From: Octopus vulgaris | Lineage: Eukaryota | NCBI GenBank assembly: GCA_951406725.2 | Contig: OX597817.1 | Location: 108,996,001-109,060,000 of the forward strand | Reading direction: 5' to 3' | DNA length: 64,000 nucleotides | Part shown: positions 40,791-50,552 of the stretch, piece by piece | Position numbering within the stretch: position 1 is the stretch's first letter | Layout of the letters: every line of letters begins with the position of its first letter | Notes under the pieces: model-generated | Database searches by the model: none | Told to the model about the DNA's origin: nothing | The model's input: the letters and a program-made list of their open reading frames with translations, nothing else | Position numbers and translations under genes: made by a program

Positions 40791-41705
40791 TAGAGGCAAA
40801 CCGCTATTTGGTTATTCCATCATTAGTCAATTTATGAAGATATTACGGTCTAAAAGACAATTGATTTATTTCCACGATGAGAGGAAAATTTAATGTAGAC
40901 ATAGGTCGAATTACTTATATAATAAGTTTAGATAATTTGTGAATATATATATAACTTGATTGATGTTATTAATGTATGTAGTTATATATTATGTTGTATT
41001 ATAATGAGTATAAATTAGTTGTAGGTTATTTAGTGTATGAACATAACTAGAATATGTATAAAACAAGGGTTTGATAAAATTAATTGAAGAATATATATTA
41101 ATTTATGGACATTTAATTTAATCTTATATTTTTACATATAATGTCGTTGTTTGAAATTATTGTGAATTTAGAATCTTTCACTGTAAATGGTATATTACGT
41201 CACGTTTCTTTGATTATTTTTCTTTTTATCGTTAAATACATATATCTATTTATTTATTGTATATGTATTGTTTAGTCACGTTTAACGAGATAGGTTTTTA
41301 CAACGCTAGGTTGTAAGTTTAAAGTTTAAAATTTCTTTTAACTAGTTTTCACCAATAAGATAAGTCATTTTTTGCTTTACATTATTATTATTAAATTTTA
41401 TTGAGTTATTCACTACTAATATACATATATTTATATATTGTTTTATTATAATATCTTAATTTATTTATTTTTATTTTTGACCTGAAGAGTGGCTATATAT
41501 TTTTTATTGAATTAATATTAACTTTTAAAATTATCGATTTATATATTAAATCATGAAACGCGCGTAGTCAATTTAATGTTTGATTTGTTATGAGATATCT
41601 AGAGTAATGATTATAAGATATTTAATTAATTTCTCTGTGGTTATTATAGATAATATTTTCCCTATTGATGGAATAACTAAATAGCAGTTTGCCTCTAAAG
41701 TCTAT
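40785..41705 (+). mobile_element. AT-rich PLE terminus with short inverted terminal copy, within (TA)n
   Basis: tttagaggcaaaccgctatttggttattccatca (~40788-40822) is the reverse complement of ~41666-41699; hammerhead at 41477. Confidence 0.6.
41477..41571 (+). ncRNA. minimal type I hammerhead ribozyme with palindromic stem III
   Basis: Stem I UUGAC/GUCAA; CUGAAGA 41482-41488; weak stem II GUGG/UCAU enclosing an AT-rich loop; GAAA 41555-41558; self-complementary ACGCGCGU; GUA triplet 41564-41566. Confidence 0.7.
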
Positions 41706-41714
41706 ATAGATATG

Positions 41715-41765
<51 letters not shown>

Positions 41766-41834
41766 ATGTGCGTGTGTGTGAGTGTGTGTGTGTCTGTGTC
41801 GGTCTGTGTCTGTGTGTGTCTGTGTGTGTGTGCG

Positions 41835-42087
41835 TGTAAACAATTGCAGCGCAGAAGGTGCTTATAAGCCATTTAAAAACACACAAAAACCGTTAGATTC
41901 ACTTCAACATTTAAATTTAACCCGCCAAAATATTTTCGTCGCTTTGAGACCGTGACCTGTTCACTCAGAAAATTCAAAGCGACAAAAAAAAATGGCAAAT
42001 TAAATTTAAATGTTGAAGCGAATCTAACGGTCTTGGCGTGTGTTCTAAATGACTTATAAATACCTTCCAAGCTGCAATTGTTTACAC
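41835..42087. repeat. fold-back element, ~85-bp inverted arms
   Basis: tgtaaacaattgcagc...ccgttagattcacttcaacatttaaatttaa vs ttaaatttaaatgttgaagcgaatctaacgg...gctgcaattgtttaca. Confidence 0.9.
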
Positions 42088-42092
42088 ACACA

Positions 42093-42190
<98 letters not shown>

Positions 42191-42340
42191 ATATAGAATT
42201 TAGAGACAAACCGCTATTTAGTTATTCCATCAATAGGGAAAATATTATCTATAATAACCACAGGGAAATTAATTAAATATCATTTAATTATTATTCTAGA
42301 TAGGTCACTCCTAACATATGTATATATATATATATATATA

Positions 42341-42495
42341 GTTGAAATTTAAAGAAAAACAAAAGACGAATACAGGTTTATAAAGAACAAGCTGGTTTAA
42401 TAGTTTGAGTCTCGGGAAGGCGAGGAATTCTTTTACGTTCCGAGCCTACGCTCTTCAGGAGAAAGGAACACGATGAAACAAACAGAGAGAGAAAT
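42341..42495 (-). mobile_element. PLE terminus (family of 32669-33508) with decayed hammerhead
   Basis: Minus strand tgaa-gagc-gtag-gctc-ggaacgtaaaag; reverse complement of ~33350-33508. Confidence 0.6.
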
Positions 42496-42504
42496 TTCAC
42501 CAAG

Positions 42505-42548
42505 ACACCTGATGAAGGCTGGAGGGTATATCAGCCGAAGCGTTGTGT
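42505..42548 (+). ncRNA. minimal hammerhead motif with one core substitution
   Basis: ACAC-CUGAUGA-A-GGCUG(10-nt loop)CAGCC-GAAG-CGUU-GUGU; GAAA reads GAAG. Confidence 0.65.
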
Positions 42549-43285
42549 TGACAACAAACAAGATGAGGACAAATATCTGTCGAATGTAAATAATGTATAT
42601 ATTTCCACATCTCTTTAATATAGAACTGTATATTTATATTCATATATGCACACCTACATACACATATGTCTATATAAATGCATGTGTATGTGTGTGTTTT
42701 GGATGTATGTTTACGTATGCGTAAGTATGTATAAGTAAATACCTATATTATATGATATATTTTTCTGCGTTAGATATATTTTTCTGATCGTTACTTTGCA
42801 ATCTCTTGAAACTAATTTAAATGCGACATTTTTTTCAATTACTAACTTATCTAACTTATCTAATATTGTCTAATATTTTCTAAATTTTGCACAGACATGT
42901 TGAGAAGTTCATATATGACTGAACTATTTCTACTCCAATATTGGATTAAATTGTCTGAGACCTTTTTGAAACCTCAAATATTTTCATCATTTTCCTTCAA
43001 TTATTGCGTTGCAAACAAGCTCACATGCTACTTTCTGAATAGTGATAAGCATTATTTCAGCCACACTAAATTAAATTTTAGCAATAAAACATAACATGAA
43101 TTTAATCCAACTGAGTCAAATACAAAATATTTTTTCTCGCGCTATAAGCAATTTAACTTTACGCCTGTTATGTCTCATGGGGAATTTTGCTGAAATGCAC
43201 GTTGTACTATATGATCGAAAGTAAAACAAAAAAATGTTTACCTGTGGGAATTATGAAAATAAAGTAATTTCTTTGGGGTACCTCC

Positions 43286-43330
<45 letters not shown>

Positions 43331-43331
<1 letters not shown>

Positions 43332-43680
43332 ATCCTTTAAGTTTGTTAACGGGCATGATTTTGAATATCCGTGTAAAAGCTCCTATTCGATTATGCCAGC
43401 TACAGCATGATGATGCGAACTGGCGATACCACTTTTTGGGGGACGCACCGAGCTGTGCCGTTATAATACAGGATAAATTTAGTAATAACAATGATAAGCC
43501 TACGATGGGATTTATAAATTTTTCGCCCGAAGAAATGAATGCATGAACATCATCTACCCGATGTTCATTGATACCACGGACTACATTGTAATCATCCCAA
43601 TAATACGGGTGAGGATCTTAGGAAAGATGTGATTTGTGGAAACTGGCGGAGTGACACATTAAAATATTTACAAAATCCAT
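43331..43680 (-). pseudogene. degraded L1/Tx1-type AP endonuclease fragment
   Basis: Frameshifted VLLG/DYNVV (GDFN motif) followed by SWHNRIGAFTRI (TW...RID motif). Confidence 0.35.
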
Positions 43681-43877
43681 CCAAGGATTATTATTGTTAT
43701 TAGAGAATGTATACACATACACGTATATATAGTATGGGTGGCTTATTAGCAATTTAATATCATAAAGGCAAATTAATAGGCGTCACTAAGGCGACAAAGA
43801 TTACAACCCTCTGACACTATAGTGACGTATGTACATATACATATACATATATATATACATATACATATATATATATA

Positions 43878-43932
<55 letters not shown>

Positions 43933-44138
43933 TATACATATATATATACATATATATATACATACATATATATATATATACATATATATTATATTAAATT
44001 AGAGACAAAAGCACTATTAGGGAAATCAAACAATGAAAAACTTAAGCCAATACATAATATAATATTTTACTATAAAATTGGATTCAATCCTAAATCTGAT
44101 TTTTCCCTGTAAGTTTGGATTTATTCCCTAATATATAT

Positions 44139-44178
<40 letters not shown>

Positions 44179-44187
44179 TACCATATA

Positions 44188-44553
44188 TCTTATATAAAAT
44201 CTGTTCTGTCTGTCTGTGTGTGTGGCTTCTAGGATCTCGGGCATCCTCCATCCGATTGCGCTCAAATTTGTAATCTAGATACCGACGGTATCAGGGCGTG
44301 TATAAGTCTTGAAAAATTACAAAAATCGATTCTAGGTGAGAATGCGATCGATAAAGCCGTGGGAAATCGTTTTTCTTTAGAATAGAAAAGAAGTCTATCT
44401 TTATTTCTTCTTTTGCTGGTGTCTTAAATTGAGGTTAAATCAGTGTTTCTCAAAGGGGAGGCCTATGGGACGGTCGGACAAGTTGTTTTGAGAAAATTTA
44501 GTTTAAATGTTTGACAACTCAGCACCGTCCATTGGACGGGGGACGTTTTGCTC

Positions 44554-44554
<1 letters not shown>
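44188..44554 (+). mobile_element. short non-autonomous Helitron
   Basis: A|TCTTATATAAAA start then (TCTG)n; 3' palindrome CCGTCCA-T-TGGACGG 44525-44539; ends CTCA|T rather than CTRR. Confidence 0.6.
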
Positions 44555-44620
<66 letters not shown>

Positions 44621-44831
44621 TGTGTGTGTGTATTTATGAATATGTATATATCTCTTAAACACGCATTGGGGGTATTGCCTTGAAAAGCAGCTTGTCGAAT
44701 TGTTCGATCCTAGCACTGATGTTTTTAAAGCTCGGTACTTATTGTATTTGGTTTCTATGTGTAAGAATGCAAAAAAAAAACGCATCTCAGGCGGTGGTGG
44801 AGGGCAAAAATAGATACAAAGACACAAACAC

Positions 44832-45235
44832 AAATTAACTCCGAAGACACTGAAACATTATACTTAATGACTGACAAAAAGAGGCAAGTTAATTTCACTC
44901 CTAGTTTAGTATGACCTCTATTAATTTTGCCTTTAGGTTCGAATTGCTAATAAGCCACCCTTTTAATTTGATTACACTTTTACCGTTTTGAAAATAAGCA
45001 CATGATTTCAACGGTTTTTCTTTTAAGATTAACAAAGGACGTTGAGTTTAACGCTAGGCGTTAAGAAGCGCTGATGCGAATTAAGGTGGTCTCCGCCAAA
45101 ATTCGAAATCGCGATATGGCTTAAGTACGTTAGGGACATGCCTCCCGTTGTCAGTCATGAAGTATAATGCTTTTGGCTTTGGAGTCATTTAATATGAGCG
45201 ATGCTAGTCAGCACCGGGCGTTCTTTTGCGACCTC
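44832..45235. mobile_element. PLE terminus with inverted partial copy
   Basis: cattatacttaatgactgacaaaaagaggca (~44856-44886) inverted relative to tgcctcccgttgtcagtcatgaagtataatg (~45139-45169); hammerhead-like motif between them. Confidence 0.55.
45066..45122 (+). ncRNA. hammerhead-like motif (A9C variant)
   Basis: AAGCG-CUGAUGC-GAAUU...AAUUC-GAAA-UCGCGAUA-UGGCUU; palindromic AUCGCGAU stem III. Confidence 0.55.
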
Positions 45236-45324
45236 TCTCTCTGTCTGTATGTCTCTCTCTTTCTCGCTCTCCATATATATATGTATGTATATATATATAT
45301 ATATACATATATACACAGACAAGG

Positions 45325-45470
45325 GGATTCTTTCAGCTTCCGTCAACCAAATCTACTTACAAAACTTTGATCTGCCCAAGGCTATAGTAGAGGATCCTCA
45401 CACAGGGTACCACGCAGTGGGACTGAACCAGAAACCATGTGGCTGGCTAAATCGCAATTTTACAACCCAA
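45325..45470 (-). mobile_element. 5' half of SINE (family of 35261)
   Basis: ttctttcagcttccgtc..ggctatagtagagga..ccacgcagtgggactgaacc. Confidence 0.75.
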
Positions 45471-45483
45471 AGGCAGAAATATG

Positions 45484-45745
45484 GACGTCACTAAAGTGAC
45501 AAAGCGCACTAATCTGCACCAGTATTGCTAGCAATAAGAGTCAAAACAACTCAGTAGCCAGGGAAAGCACTATCTTAATGAATAACAAGGGAGGTAAACT
45601 TCCTGGCTATGTTCTCTGCTGTAGGCAGCTTGCCTCCCTTGTCAGTCATTAAGATACTGCTTTCCGTAGCTATTGAGCTGTTTTGACTCTTTGTTTTGCA
45701 GCAATGCAGGCGCTGATCAGTGTCATTTGTCAATTTAGTGACGTC
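45484..45745. repeat. 262-bp near-palindromic fold-back
   Basis: gacgtcactaaa...aagagtcaaaaca...tatcttaatga..acaagggagg mirrored around a short centre at ~45608-45620. Confidence 0.9.
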
Positions 45746-45751
45746 TCTCCC

Positions 45752-45814
<63 letters not shown>

Positions 45815-46408
45815 CACACATACAGACACTGGTAAATGACATTTCAGACTCAAAGTATTAGGTAACCGTCCCTACGACCTTCTGTTGGGTAGATTTGATC
45901 CTACTGTTACATAACTGGCTCGAATCTAGACTATTTGGTTGCGAAGCGAACATGTTAGCCGCATTGCTATCACTGTGCAATGTTTCTGGGTCGTACGTAG
46001 TCATGAACTCACTTTAACGATTTCTGGTAAACGTCAACAATCATACTTTTCCAATTATTTATATATTCGTTTTCAAACATTGTTATATCTTTATATTTTC
46101 AGTGAAATGTATCCATGTATGCGCCTACATGTTTAAATGTATTCATCATCGTCCTCGTGATTCTCATCCTCATCATCGTCAATATTCTCTGAGAGAACTG
46201 ACTAATGCAAGTAACATACTGTAACGAACGTCAAGAGAACAGTCAAGTTCTCTTGGCATTCGTTTAACAATTAGCGCAGAGTGAGATAACTGACGCAATC
46301 AATGTTATCGGTTACAGTAATCAAATTTAATCACAAGTAATGGGAGAAGTCTAACGCTCATAAATGAAAAACGGATCCAAAAACCTTAAAATAAAAAATA
46401 AATCCATA

Positions 46409-46788
46409 TCTCTTTTACTCTTTTACTTGTTTCAGTCGTCTGACTGCGGCCATGATGGAGCACCACCTTTAGTCGAGCAAATCGACCCGATGACTTATTC
46501 TTTGGAACCCTTGTATCTCTTTTGCCGAACCGCTAAGTTACTGGGACGTAAACACATCAGCATCGGTTGTCAAGCGATGTTAGGGGGACAAACACATACA
46601 CACAAACATATACAAACACCTACATATATATACATACATATATACGACGGGCTTCTTTCAGTTTCCCTCTACCAAATCCACTCACAAGGTTTTGGCCGGC
46701 CCGAGGCTATAGTAGAAGACATTTTCTCAAGGTGCTACGCAGTGGGAATGAACCCGGAGCCATGTCGTTGCTAAGCCACTCCTGCGCC
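46409..46788 (-). mobile_element. full-length SINE (family of 35261)
   Basis: Tail ctcttttacttgtttcagtc..gcggccatgatggagcacc; body gggcttctttcagtttcc; head on minus strand. Confidence 0.85.
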
Positions 46789-46942
46789 ATATGGAAAAAT
46801 TTATCACAAATGTTGATGAAGAATGGGTGGAGTGTTGTGATAAAACGTAAGAACTCTAAACAACCTGATATAATTTTTAATGAAATATACGTAATAAATA
46901 AAAGATTATCGACATTTTATTATTAATATCAATAATAGGAAA

Positions 46943-47155
46943 GGTGGTGAGCTGGCAGAAAAGTTAGCACGCCGGCCGAAATGCTTAGCGGTATTTCGTC
47001 TGTCTTTACGTTCTGAGATCAAATTGCGCCGAGGTCGATTTTGCCTTTTATCCTTTCGGGGGTCGATAAATTAAGTACCAGTTGCGTACTGGGGTCGATC
47101 TAGGCGACTGGTCCACTCCCACAAAATTTCGGGCCTTGTGCCTAGAGTAGAAAAG
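46943..47155 (+). mobile_element. full-length SINE with 18-bp TSD
   Basis: ggtggtgagctggcagaa head, gcctttYatcctttcggggtcgataaa central domain (Nin/Deu-like); flanks aatatcaataataggaaa (46925-46942) / aatatcaataacaggaaa (47156-47173). Confidence 0.9.
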
Positions 47156-47229
47156 AATATCAATAACAGGAAATGTAAGAAGAATCATTGACAATTCTCT
47201 GTAGACAACGTTAATGAGGATGTTAACGT

Positions 47230-47680
47230 TGATGATAATCATGATGATAATGATGTTAATCATGATGATGATGATGATGATGAAGACGGCGTCGACGATG
47301 ACGGTGACGATAGCGATGTTATTTGTGAAGCTATTTAGATGTGACAACTGATAGTAATCTATCTGTTTGTAGAGTGGCCAGTGCCAACTGTGAGATAACT
47401 TAAGCAACAACGGAATAATCATCGGAACATTTTCCCCTACCGTTATCCTCCTCCCCCTCCTCCTCCTCCTCCTCCTCCCTCATCATCATCATCATCATCA
47501 TCATCATCAAGCTCGTCTTCATCCTTGGAATCCTCCCAATCACCACCGCAACTACCACCTATAATACAATAATCCCCATCCACCACTACCACCACCACAA
47601 TCACTACCATCAACATCAATACCGCAACCACAGCATCATCATCATCATCCTTCTCATCATCAAAATTATCACCATCGCAC
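47230..47680. repeat. degenerate trinucleotide repeats (GAT)n, (CCT)n, (CAT)n, (CAC)n
   Basis: Direct reading. Confidence 0.85.
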
Positions 47681-47997
47681 ATCTACACAGTATTACTATA
47701 TCTCTGTCATTCACCGTTATCACCACCATTTGCTACATATTCGTTAACAACATCAGCGACACTGCTGTCCTCATTTTCGTTATCTTTTATTTCGTAATCT
47801 TTTATCTTCAATACCATTCTTTATGTTGTTGGCATTGTTGTCGTTGTCGTTCAGATCATCTTTGTCCTTATCATTAATATCTCTACCGCTATGTTTAACA
47901 CGATCAGTATCAATAAGAGATGAGTTGTGACGTTTCAAATATATACATAGGCATAACTGCTGATACCTGCCCCGCCCAGAATTTGGATGATCATAAC

Positions 47998-48625
47998 TTT
48001 CAGAAGAATAGATATTTTTTAATGAAATTTTCTACAAATATATCACTTACTATGTAGATTCCGAGAACATAGGAATTTGGGGGTAAAATCTATTGGGGTT
48101 ACTTTTGAGGACCGTTCCCCACTCGGGGGTGCTTCGGAACAAGTCGTCTAAATTTGTTTCATTTTCTCCGTTTGGTGCGTTTGTGCATCCGTAGATTTCT
48201 ACTGAAGCCGCAGGGAATGAAGCTGTCACCAGAAAACTCGTCACCGGAAAATTCATTATGCTAAAATACCAGCTAAAGGTGTAGACGTTTCTAACAGAAA
48301 GATATTGAATGGGATAATTTCCCGTTTGACCTTCTTTAATTACATATATATATTATCGTGAGGACACTGAGAATAAGCATGCCATCCCTTTCTGCATTTT
48401 TCTCTCTCCGTTTTGACAGGGATTTTTCTAATTTTATTTTTCACTCAGGCCTTCGAGGTGATGTGGTGGTCGTGGGTGACATTTTATGAAACACCACCGA
48501 GTGAGGAACAGTCTTCAAAAGTAACCCTTAATTGTTTTCCCCGCAAATTCCTATGTTCTCGGAATTTACATAGTCCGAGGTTTAGTTGTAGAAAATTTCA
48601 TTAAAAAATATCTATTTTCTTGAAA
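47998..48625. mobile_element. inverted-repeat (MITE/fold-back-like) element
   Basis: aatagatattttttaatgaaattttctacaa..actatgtagattccgagaacataggaatttg (47998-48088) mirrored at 48535-48625; no TSD recognised. Confidence 0.7.
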
Positions 48626-48743
48626 TTTAAGATGAATTGAAGTGGACGCCGGGGAATTTTCAGAAATTCCCCAACCACCCCCTCCTAAAACACTTTCCCC
48701 CAAAAGCCTTGTACCAAATTTCGCATTGAAAGTTACTCAAACT

Positions 48744-48880
48744 ACAGAACGGGGCGCCACTTCATAATGCCAAAGATCCCAGCATCGCCATCAAAATAAA
48801 GGACCAAATACTGCAACAGCTTGGGCTTCAAGGATCCACAGCTCTTTAATATCCTTCCAAAATGCCTGATAGACCTGCAT
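48744..48880 (+). mobile_element. internal fragment of the CR1-group LINE, copy 3
   Basis: cagaacggggcgccac...ctgcaacagcttgggcttca..ccacagctctttaa matches ~27605-27740. Confidence 0.8.
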
Positions 48881-49082
48881 TCTATTTGTAATGATCGAGC
48901 TAGTTGCTTCATTTCTTTTTTCTTATCCAGCTTTTCACTTAGGTATTTACTGTTAGCCAAGTGCATCAATCATCAGTGGTATAAATGTAAATTTATAGTC
49001 TAGATATAGAAGCAAATTTCGAATCATTTGTCCACATTTTTGTATGAATTACGTACGAATATATATTTCCTTGTATAGTTTA

Positions 49083-49908
49083 CTAGCAATATTGCCCGAC
49101 TCGTGCGCTCGTGCGTTCTATGCACGCGCGAATTAAGCTAAACTTGGATGAAGTTCAATCAAAATTCAATTATTTTGGTTTTAAAATCAAGCATTTAATG
49201 CCCTCTATTTTTGCGCTTATGTGTTCCACTTCCTCAATACGTAGTACGTAGAAGCGTTTCATAAATTTTTGTTGATCAAATAATTGCATTGTTGAATTAT
49301 TCTTTTAGATCGGTATTTCTCAACGGGAATTTCAGGGGAGAGTTTCAGGGAGTCGCTGGCGATGTATCGTGATGATCAAAAATCCGGCCTGCTAAAATTT
49401 GTTTAAAAGTGATTCAAACTGCAGACTCAACGCAAAATGGTCACATTTAATTCAAAGCGTTAAAAATTTTATGAAAACAATTGGTATGTGTTCACAAAGT
49501 CCAAACGATTAATACGAAAAAACCCTCCAGGCTACATCCCGAAAATTCATTTCTTTGCCGAATTTCTACAATGTTTACGGCGATTCGTTTTTATATCTTG
49601 ATTTTTTTATTTTTCATGTAATTTACGCATGCTTGCACGCGTGGTGATCACAGTTAACGTCAAACAGCTGACTGAGTAAAGTTCACTATTCAATGCATGG
49701 GATAAGGCCTAAAGAAACACATTATCGATTTTTGCACTTGCGAAATGAATTTCGGAACAGAAATAGCGCAGTTCAATTTTTATTCGTCTAATCTTTAAGT
49801 GACCCATTTTTGGTGGTTCTACGATTTGTTGGCTAGGAGGAGATGTGCCAGGAAGTTAAACACACAGACACACACACAGATACACAAGTTGATTTTTATA
49901 TATAAAGA
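49083..49908 (-). mobile_element. non-autonomous Helitron
   Basis: Minus strand A|TCTTTATATATAAAAA start followed by (TG)-rich repeat; GC-rich subterminal segment and ...gggcaatattgCTAG|T end. Confidence 0.85.
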
Positions 49909-50322
49909 TATTTATATATAGTCCCTTATGAATGCATGTTAGAAAAGACAGGCACTTGTCTATTTGTCTTTTGAGCGGGTACATTAGTCTTTTAATGGAT
50001 TTGTACTCGAACTGGGTTGTGACCTGACTGTCTCTGACAGTGCACATTAGAGTAGCCGGGGTATGTCACATAACTCCTCATAGAGTCCTCAGCTCATCTT
50101 CCCCCACCGGCTCGTTCCGTTTTTCTATCAGCACCCACAAGCCGGATGTGACTCATGCTGACTTCTAGTTGCAGAGGGTAGCCGCTATATTTCCTATACC
50201 GAAAACTTTGACGCAGTTTTAAGTAATGACTTAATTCTCTAATTCGTGTTGAAGCCGATCGACAAGATCATCTGAAACGCATCTATGATGCTGTTTACTA
50301 TGAAAGCTAATGTAGACAAATA

Positions 50323-50389
<67 letters not shown>

Positions 50390-50395
50390 TAATAA

Positions 50396-50552
50396 GTCGG
50401 CGAGCGCGCCGGGACAGACATTTAGAGCATTTTCGTCTTTACGTTCTGAGTTCAAATTTCGCTAAAGTCAACTTTGCATTTTGGAGCCAATAAAATATGT
50501 ACCAGTTGAGAACTGGGATCGATGCAATCGATTTATCGCCCCCGTCCCCGAA
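50396..50552 (+). mobile_element. SINE (family of 46943), partial
   Basis: tttcgtctttacgttctgagttcaaatttcgc..gtcaactttgc..gtaccagttgagaactgggatcgatg. Confidence 0.75.

Noticed and set aside
50060-50185. Twister-like words (taactcc, caagccgg, gaggg)
   Set aside because: Required pseudoknot pairings and spacing are absent
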